A stretch of DNA of 64,000 bases from an uncultured Candidatus Saccharibacteria bacterium (GTDB taxonomy: Bacteria; Patescibacteriota; Minisyncoccia; Phycocordibacterales; WO2-35-19): the NCBI GenBank assembly GCA_964589445.1, contig CAZPQX010000002.1:352-64351 (forward strand), read 5' to 3'. The position numbers were made by a program, and so were the translations under genes. The stretch's first letter is position 1. Every line of letters starts with the position of its first letter. The notes beneath the pieces were generated by a model, which saw only the letters and a list, made by a program, of their open reading frames with translations, had not been told where the DNA came from and searched no databases. Below, piece by piece: positions 57,901-64,000 of the stretch.

Positions 57901-60900
57901 ACTTCAGCTGATGCTTCTGCTTTGCTTGATAACGGCATATTTACAGTAAGAGGAAGCAACGGAGCTTATCTCCAAATTGGATCACAGACTGGCGAGCCTT
58001 ACGGTCTATATTTGCAGGGTAAAGATAGGACAAACAATGGTACTACATACCCTATCTTATTAAATCCAGTTGGAGGAAATGTGGGTGTTGGTACCACTAC
58101 TCCTTGGGGTAAGCTTTCGATCACAAATACGGGTAGCGGCCCAAGTTTTATCGTCGAAGACAGCACATCTCCTGATGCTTCTCCTTTTGTAATAGATGCG
58201 AGTGGGAATGTGGGGGTGGGGACGGTTGTTGCAGATAACAAGCTTCATATTGTTGATACACTGGCTAGCAATTTGCGCTACGGACTTAAATTAAGCAATT
58301 CGGCAGACGGAGTAGGTGCTGCAACTGGAATTTTATTTGAAGTTCAAGGTGGTGCAGCTGGAAGAGGAAAAGGTGGTCTTATATATCAAAATGATACTTC
58401 TTTAGGTTGGAATAGAGGAGATTTTATGTTTCTACAGAATTCAACAGCTGACGCCACAAACCCTACTGCTTCTAATGCAGTACTTACTATAAAAAATAAT
58501 GGTAATGTCGGTATTGGTTCGACCTCACCATTTGCAAAACTTTCTGTTGAATCGACTGCGGGAGCATCACAGTTTGTGGTCGGGTCATCGACTGCAACGC
58601 AATTCATTGTCGACAAGAATGGGAATGTGGGAGTGGGGACTGCGAATCCAACTTCCTTGTTACAAATATACGGTCAGGGCGTTGACATTTTGCAAGTTGG
58701 TAATGGTGTAGATACAAATACAAGTTTGAATGTACAAAATAGAGCTTTGTTTGGTTATAACCAAACAAGAGCGGCTGCTACTATACAAGGCATATCAGGT
58801 AGGGGTATAGATTTTAATGTTAATAACAATACATTTGGTTCGGGTCAGGCTATGGTAATCACAAGTGCTGGTAACGTCGGAGTCGGTACCACATCTCCTT
58901 TGGGCTTGCTCTCAGTAAACGCAAATGGCCTTGCGAGCGGCGCACCTCAGTTTGTCGTCGGCTCAAGCACGGCGACAAACCTTATAGTGGCTAATGATGG
59001 AAATGTGGGCGTAGGTATGACAAGTCCTTCATACAAGCTGGATGTGAATGGAGACATAAGATACGGTGCAAACGGTACTTTGAGGATAAATGGTGCCGGA
59101 AACTTTAAATTAGATAGCGATGAACTTTTCTTTGGTGGAGGCTCTCTTGGGACGATAAAAACAAACTGGGGTGGTGGAGGCCTAAGTTTGATAGCTGGAG
59201 GCAACAATCAGACAAGTGGCGATATCTCTTTGATAACAAATACAGCTTCTGGTGATGTGACAAGACTTATAATAAAAAGTGATGGAAATGTCGGCATCGG
59301 CACCACATCACCATACGCAAAGCTCTCTGTAGTAGGAGATGCAGCAATCACTGGCAATGTGAGAGTGGCTGGGCTCACTGCTACAGGCACAGTCACTTTC
59401 TCCGGTATCACTGGCTCTGACCAGTGTCTCCAAGTAGACGCAAACGGAGTAGTCGCTGGTACAGGAAGTGCTTGCGGCTCTAGTAGTGGTGGGTCAGCTG
59501 GCGGCACATGGGCGACTACCACATCACAAGTTGCGGGTAGGTTTGTAAACTATTCACTCAACTCTACTGACCTGGTAGCGATAGGCAGCAACTCGACCAC
59601 CACAGCAGAATTTTGGTTCGACCCAAACACTTCGACTTCATATCTTTCTGGAAATGTGGGTATCGGGGTTACATCTCCAGGAAATAAATTACATATAACA
59701 GGTGGAGGTATTTCTATAGGTAACAATGCGGCTCTAACAGACAGAGGTTTGATAAGTGTACATGATTCTTCAGATGCAAGAATAAATATTACTAAGGCAG
59801 GTGTGGATGGTTATAGATTGGAAACAAATGGAACTGCTGGTTCTTCTTATTTCACTATTGGAAGGGATAATGGAAGCTCTGATACTGGTAGTACTAATGC
59901 ATTTTTGAATATAACTCAGGCAGGCAATGTGGGCGTTGGCTCTACCACTCCAATGGATAAATTAACTGTTGTGGGAGGGGACATAAGTCTTTCAAGAAAT
60001 CAATACATTAGATTTAGATCTGAATCCTCTTCTATACAATCAGCAGCTATAGGTGGCACTTCTAGCAACGATCTTGCTTTTTACACAAATGGCCTAGCTG
60101 AAGGTATGAGACTTACTTCTTCTGGATATTTGGGTATTGCCTCTACTTCTCCTTGGGGGCTCCTATCCGTTAACCCAAATGGACTTTCAAGCGGCGCACC
60201 ACAATTCGTCGTCGGCTCAAGCACAGCTACCAACTTCATTATTGCGAATAATGGAAATGTGGGTGTGGGTATCACAAACCCAACTGCAAAATTAGATGTG
60301 AACGGTTCAATCTATTTGAGAACCGGGAGTTTTTTCTCAGATACTTATAGTGGTTATTCTGGAGGTGCTGTTACTCACAATATTCCATCAAGTTCATATT
60401 TGAGGTTTGTTATGGGTTCTCCAACTTCCTCTTTCCAAATACAAGATTCTTCTGCTGTGCCTCTATTAAAAATGGAAGCAAACGGAAGATTGGGGCTTGG
60501 AAGCAGCACCCCTTGGGCACAACTTTCAGTCCACCGAAATACTTCTGACACATCATACTCTCCACTCTTCGCTATCGCTTCTTCGACTGCTAGCGGCACG
60601 ACGACAAACTTCATTGTGGCAAATAATGGGAATGTCGGCATCGGGACTACTAATCTAACTGATAACTTAACCCTTAAACCATCATCAGCAGGTAAGGGAA
60701 TGGTGGTAAGGGAATCAGACGATGGTAATGAAGCAATTAGACTACTTGGTTTTTCTGGTGGTGGAAATCTAAGCCTCCAAACTGGAGGAGTAAATACAAT
60801 TAGCTTTGATGCCACAAGTGCCTCAGGGATATCATATTTTAATGCTGGGAATGTCGGCATCGGCACTACTACACCAAATAGGAAACTAACTGTATTTTCT

Positions 60901-63900
60901 GATTCTACAGTAGGGCAATCTCAATTAAGACTTGGTTTTAGTGATCAATTCTCTTGGGATATAGGAAGAGACAACGGTTCTTCTGATGGTAGATTGATGT
61001 TTACAAGTAATCACAATGGTACAACAGCAGAAAGAATGTCAATTTTATCAAACACCGGCAATGTAGGTATTGGTACTACATCCCCTTGGGGCTTGCTATC
61101 CGTAAATGCAAACGGACTTTCAAGCGGTGTGCCTCAATTTGTAGTCGGCTCATCTACAGCGACAAACTTCATTGTGGCGAATGGTGGGAATGTAGGTATA
61201 GGTACAGCAGAACCTACAGAAAAATTATCAGTAAATGGCAATATTCAAATTCCTTCAGGTAGTGCTATTCGTCTTTCGTCACTAGCAGGAAGCCCCCAAA
61301 TATTCTCATCTGGTTCCACAAATATTAGTATCAGCCCTGCCTCAAATGGAACTGTGGTACTTGGCTCTGTTGCGGGTATAAAAGCAGGAGTTGGTACTAC
61401 AACGCCATTTGGTGCACTTGCAGTTAACAGTATTGCTGGTGTGCCTGGATTTACTGTTGGCTCATCAACAGGAACATACTTTATTGTCGACAAGAATGGA
61501 AATGTGGGTGTGGGGACGACGAGTCCATTCAGTCATTTTGAGGTTCAAGGTTCCGGGATATATGACGCATACAATACTATTACCGCATCAGGAGGGAATC
61601 AGGCGGCATTATATATCAGACGTGTACAATCGGGAGGTTCGTATAACAACGGCTGGACTTGGTATATTCCTGCTTCATCTAAAGATTTGCGGCTTTATGG
61701 CGACGCGGGCGGGGATTTGTTAACGGTGCAATCAACTACCGGTAACGTGGGTATTGGTACTACAAGTCCTTCGTCGGCTTTGCATGTTTCTAACTCAAGT
61801 GCCAATCCTCTGCTAACATTTGAGAGGCCTGGTGTTTCGACTGTTAATTTTGGGAATTCTGGTTCTGTTTGGACATGGTCTTCAAGTGCGGCATCTGCAA
61901 ACCACTTTGCATTTGCGCCAGCTGGAGTAGAGGCGATGAGGATACAAAATGGTGGCAACGTCGGTATCGGTACTACAGCTCCAGGAGACAAGCTTGAAGT
62001 TTCTGGAAATGTTTTTGCTTCAGCCTTCAACTCTACAAGTACTGTCTCTAGGTATAATTCAATTGGTGGAGTATTTATGGCAGGAAATGGTGGAAGTTCT
62101 TATGCTGAAATACGAGCCTACTCAGATGTTGCTGGTACTGGAAAGATTTTGTCTCTAAATTCAAATGGTGGCAATGTCGGTATTGGTACTACAAGTCCAA
62201 CCAATACACTAGCTATTTCAGGTATTGGTCTTGATATAAATCGTGATGGTGCAGAGCCTAATGTTGTATTTAGATCAACTGGGGCACAAGTTTCTCAGAT
62301 TAGAGGACTAGTCGGTGGTGGTTTGAGATTTACAAACGGTAATTCAAGTTCTGAATGGGCAAAAATTGATTCTAGTGGAAATTTTGGTGTTGGTTCTTCT
62401 ACTCCTTGGGGACTCCTCTCTGTAAATGCAAATGGGCTATCTAGTGGCGCACCACAATTCGTAGTCGGTTCATCTACAGCAACCAACTTTATCGTGGCGA
62501 ATGGTGGAAACGTTGGTGTAGGATTGCTCAGCCCAAGTTCAAGACTTGATGTCCAAGGTGTGGCTGGTGCAACTAATATATTTAGAGTTGCCTCTTCTAC
62601 TGGCTCTGATCTCCTCACTGTAGATAAGGCGGGAAACGTTTGGATAGGTACGACAGTTGTAGAACAAAGGACTCTTACTCTCCAAGCTACTGACCCTGTA
62701 TTTTATTTGAAATCATATGGAGGTTCTTCTGCACAAATTAAATATGACGGGGGATCTACTTTCACTTTGACTGACGGAACAACAAACATTTTGCAATTTA
62801 ATAATTCTGGAAGCGGTAATGATATTGATATTGTCGCTAGAAACAGTTCTGATTCTGATATTGGTTTTAATACAGGAAATGGGCAAAGAAGAATGACTGT
62901 AAAATATGATGGAAATGTCGGCATCGGTACTACTACACCACAAACCAAGCTTGTTATTTACGATACTGATTATGCGACAAACAACAGAGCCAACTTAGAG
63001 ATAATGACTTCTTCTAGTCAGGCGGCTGGCGTAGGAGGTTCGATTGCTTTTGGTGGCAGAAATGATCAGGGTACTTCTCCTTCAAATAGTCCATATATTT
63101 TTGGAAAAATAGAAGGTATAAGTGAGGGCTCAACTGGCTGGGCTGGTGCACTTGCATTTTCTACTACAGAAGGAAGTTCGGGTATTACAGAAAAATTGAG
63201 AATAACTAGTGCAGGTTATACAGGTGTGGGTTCTTCTACACCTTGGGGACTCCTCTCCGTCAATGCAAATGGACTATCTAGCGGAGCTCCTCAGTTTGTC
63301 GTGGGCTCATCTACAGCAACCAACTTTATCGTGGCGAATAATGGAAATGTGGGAGTAGGGACTGCTAGCCCATCTCATAAGTTAACTTTGGCCAGTGGAA
63401 ATTTTGCAGTCGAAACCGGAAACATGTATTTAGCTTCTGGTAATAGTATTCATTTTGATTATGGTTCAAGTAATAGTTATTACATCCAAAAGAATGGAAC
63501 TAACTTATATCTTGGTACTGGCGGAAGTTTTGCAATGATGAATGGTAATGTAGGTGTCGGCACCACAACACCAGGTGACTTACTTACACTCTCATCTCTA
63601 AACCCAAGAATTGATTTGTGGGCAAATACTTCTACTTCAACTAGAGTGGCTTTGACTTCTTATGGAAACCTAGGATTTGCAACTTTGCAAACTAGAGGTG
63701 CTTTTGGTTTGAGACTCGGTACAAATAGTGGTGAACATTTGAATATAGATACTTCAGGTAATGTAGGTATTGGGACGTCATCACCAACTTACTTGTTAAA
63801 TGTTGTAGGTGCTACTGGTGGAGTTTCTGGAATCACTACACAAAATACCAGTGCCTCATCGTATGGTATGCTTAATGTCTTTAACAAAGGAGCAAAGGGT

Positions 63901-64000
63901 TTAAATGTTTACGCTCTCGGTTCTACATACGGCAACACCTTCTTTGGTGGGGTTACTGGGAATAACCAATTGGTACTTGAGGCAAATTCAGGAACTAGTA
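54955..64000 (+). CDS. giant cell-surface protein (>3,015 aa, 3' partial): N-terminal excisionase-like HTH, single TM, then about 30 tail-fibre-like G-N-V-G-I-G-T-T-S-P repeats
   Basis: Uninterrupted frame from GTG 54955 (in-frame TAG at 54952) to the window end, verified codon by codon for the first 700 nt and spot-checked downstream. Not in the ORF track because no stop falls within the window. All listed minus-strand ORFs from 55266 to 62948 are its antisense shadows. Confidence 0.8.
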   Translation, partial: MQGSLNFEGKKYISAKDAAKQFGYTSDYIGQLCRGGKIKSKLVGRVWYVLESEISSYKKVHLAPGRPSKKNLSNKKTLHSSSFKKTKKIADSKEDVLLENKKEIYLNLETPKESPKYNVFPEISRVAEIDSKKVLYIEDNSELFPTLKRNIDLEYIKRHAFDNLEKAKSGKYKATKFDKTVASSLVAVVVLSLGTFGLFEGSNFINRLKTESRGSAFEEVSLLYSPLVRDINRSVAQISEKTGVSSSQLALSVASDSNTKLVFDFVRNIGEKVFGRFFGKETVLVDSGESNTVKTIVIKETSYPSAAPAQNTVSTQAKTVFLPSFDKEYINSLIEEKFVALKNNFLTSTIAPNVNRYYVSRQNDEIVGNIGSVVANLEDRIDDAISNISLTDLNLSTLSVSGTSIFSGNVSLNGSTTASTLSATDWLSVGTTTNHATLTVDGAFYLAQVTPPGDTSNRLYNDGGDLYWNGSILAGSGVGNWSTDGTSVWRASGKVGIGTSTPSTALVVQGNGLTYVNTNTNAGSSTISFGGGNNNRPVFNMGPLGTPDEFKIWNLGYYQMGATNSQGLALMTNNTNRLYITSAGNVGIGTTSPGSLLQIEGNPSGAILTLRRASTAGDLPIYFTKSNGGLQGAIVSYNAGDISLHTTDGAEKVRLLNNGNLGIGTTSPFAKLSVESTAGAAQFAIGSSTATSFIVDKNGNVGIGIVTPTQALDVVGSVQASGSFYSGNGIGISPTQTTMYSGYNFGWNANATRAGSPDVNLSRGGVSKLYLGNGTLGDFTGTLIAGNIGVATTSPSAKLSIKADGTGTGRAFTISDSADAEKLTVLDNGSLLLGTGSQLASSGKIRLTLGDGIRWRRNDLVNDMGITYDASGSFWYGTASSSSAPFLINSSGNIGVGISSPTSLLTLYGASQTITLQNPTTGSTVSDGYYLGLGAGTTDMYLWNRESGAVYFGQNNGTVMTLNNGNVGIGTTTPVTKLTVYGTSADASALLDNGIFTVRGSNGAYLQIGSQTGEPYGLYLQGKDRTNNGTTYPILLNPVGGNVGVGTTTPWGKLSITNTGSGPSFIVEDSTSPDASPFVIDASGNVGVGTVVADNKLHIVDTLASNLRYGLKLSNSADGVGAATGILFEVQGGAAGRGKGGLIYQNDTSLGWNRGDFMFLQNSTADATNPTASNAVLTIKNNGNVGIGSTSPFAKLSVESTAGASQFVVGSSTATQFIVDKNGNVGVGTANPTSLLQIYGQGVDILQVGNGVDTNTSLNVQNRALFGYNQTRAAATIQGISGRGIDFNVNNNTFGSGQAMVITSAGNVGVGTTSPLGLLSVNANGLASGAPQFVVGSSTATNLIVANDGNVGVGMTSPSYKLDVNGDIRYGANGTLRINGAGNFKLDSDELFFGGGSLGTIKTNWGGGGLSLIAGGNNQTSGDISLITNTASGDVTRLIIKSDGNVGIGTTSPYAKLSVVGDAAITGNVRVAGLTATGTVTFSGITGSDQCLQVDANGVVAGTGSACGSSSGGSAGGTWATTTSQVAGRFVNYSLNSTDLVAIGSNSTTTAEFWFDPNTSTSYLSGNVGIGVTSPGNKLHITGGGISIGNNAALTDRGLISVHDSSDARINITKAGVDGYRLETNGTAGSSYFTIGRDNGSSDTGSTNAFLNITQAGNVGVGSTTPMDKLTVVGGDISLSRNQYIRFRSESSSIQSAAIGGTSSNDLAFYTNGLAEGMRLTSSGYLGIASTSPWGLLSVNPNGLSSGAPQFVVGSSTATNFIIANNGNVGVGITNPTAKLDVNGSIYLRTGSFFSDTYSGYSGGAVTHNIPSSSYLRFVMGSPTSSFQIQDSSAVPLLKMEANGRLGLGSSTPWAQLSVHRNTSDTSYSPLFAIASSTASGTTTNFIVANNGNVGIGTTNLTDNLTLKPSSAGKGMVVRESDDGNEAIRLLGFSGGGNLSLQTGGVNTISFDATSASGISYFNAGNVGIGTTTPNRKLTVFSDSTVGQSQLRLGFSDQFSWDIGRDNGSSDGRLMFTSNHNGTTAERMSILSNTGNVGIGTTSPWGLLSVNANGLSSGVPQFVVGSSTATNFIVANGGNVGIGTAEPTEKLSVNGNIQIPSGSAIRLSSLAGSPQIFSSGSTNISISPASNGTVVLGSVAGIKAGVGTTTPFGALAVNSIAGVPGFTVGSSTGTYFIVDKNGNVGVGTTSPFSHFEVQGSGIYDAYNTITASGGNQAALYIRRVQSGGSYNNGWTWYIPASSKDLRLYGDAGGDLLTVQSTTGNVGIGTTSPSSALHVSNSSANPLLTFERPGVSTVNFGNSGSVWTWSSSAASANHFAFAPAGVEAMRIQNGGNVGIGTTAPGDKLEVSGNVFASAFNSTSTVSRYNSIGGVFMAGNGGSSYAEIRAYSDVAGTGKILSLNSNGGNVGIGTTSPTNTLAISGIGLDINRDGAEPNVVFRSTGAQVSQIRGLVGGGLRFTNGNSSSEWAKIDSSGNFGVGSSTPWGLLSVNANGLSSGAPQFVVGSSTATNFIVANGGNVGVGLLSPSSRLDVQGVAGATNIFRVASSTGSDLLTVDKAGNVWIGTTVVEQRTLTLQATDPVFYLKSYGGSSAQIKYDGGSTFTLTDGTTNILQFNNSGSGNDIDIVARNSSDSDIGFNTGNGQRRMTVKYDGNVGIGTTTPQTKLVIYDTDYATNNRANLEIMTSSSQAAGVGGSIAFGGRNDQGTSPSNSPYIFGKIEGISEGSTGWAGALAFSTTEGSSGITEKLRITSAGYTGVGSSTPWGLLSVNANGLSSGAPQFVVGSSTATNFIVANNGNVGVGTASPSHKLTLASGNFAVETGNMYLASGNSIHFDYGSSNSYYIQKNGTNLYLGTGGSFAMMNGNVGVGTTTPGDLLTLSSLNPRIDLWANTSTSTRVALTSYGNLGFATLQTRGAFGLRLGTNSGEHLNIDTSGNVGIGTSSPTYLLNVVGATGGVSGITTQNTSASSYGMLNVFNKGAKGLNVYALGSTYGNTFFGGVTGNNQLVLEANSGTS

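Noticed and set aside
55266-62948. Numerous 60-170-aa minus-strand ORFs (e.g. 57180-57698, 60375-60866)
   Set aside because: Antisense shadows of the giant + strand ORF. Their translations mirror the GNVGIGTT repeats. Not genes.
56400-63800. Periodic short repeats suggestive of a CRISPR array
   Set aside because: The repeats are imperfect, in-frame and translate to a conserved peptide motif. Spacing is irregular (120-250 nt). They are coding repeats, not a CRISPR array.

Overview
This is a low-GC (about 35-40%), gene-dense fragment that looks like a reduced-genome Patescibacteria/CPR-type bacterium. The signs are truncated AlaRS, a short archaeal-type PGI, weak Shine-Dalgarno sequences on most genes, and a giant repetitive surface protein. 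Almost all genes are co-directional on the + strand. Recognisable content includes typA, a pgi and sugar-kinase pair, an ECF-sigma/MacAB-like efflux/secreted beta-helix-lipase block, ychF, leuS, mltG, mnmA, and a DNA-repair/nuclease cluster (ATP-cone REase-like, Cas4-like, MGMT, family-4 UDG). It also includes pepF, alaS, the infA-rpmJ-rpsM-rpsK-rpsD-rpoA-rplQ-rplM-rpsI block, grpE-dnaK-dnaJ, a GH15 glycosidase and gatB. Unusual features, in rough order of interest: (1) a giant ORF (>3,000 aa) that runs off the 3' end of the window, with an excisionase-like HTH at its N-terminus, one TM helix and about 30 tail-fibre-like repeats; (2) a Nudix hydrolase domain inserted inside LeuRS; (3) two in-frame copies of a roughly 70-nt palindromic element inside mnmA; (4) a roughly 100-nt conserved intergenic element present twice, upstream of grpE and upstream of a small-protein/NQO operon; (5) several small GC-rich cassettes and two GC-rich structured-RNA candidates that I could not classify (RNase P RNA, tmRNA and SRP RNA remain unplaced); (6) a family of long perfect inverted repeats in intergenic regions; (7) a DnaA-box cluster with an extreme AT tract next to a degenerate IS200-like gene. 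I found no CRISPR array and no convincing tRNA.
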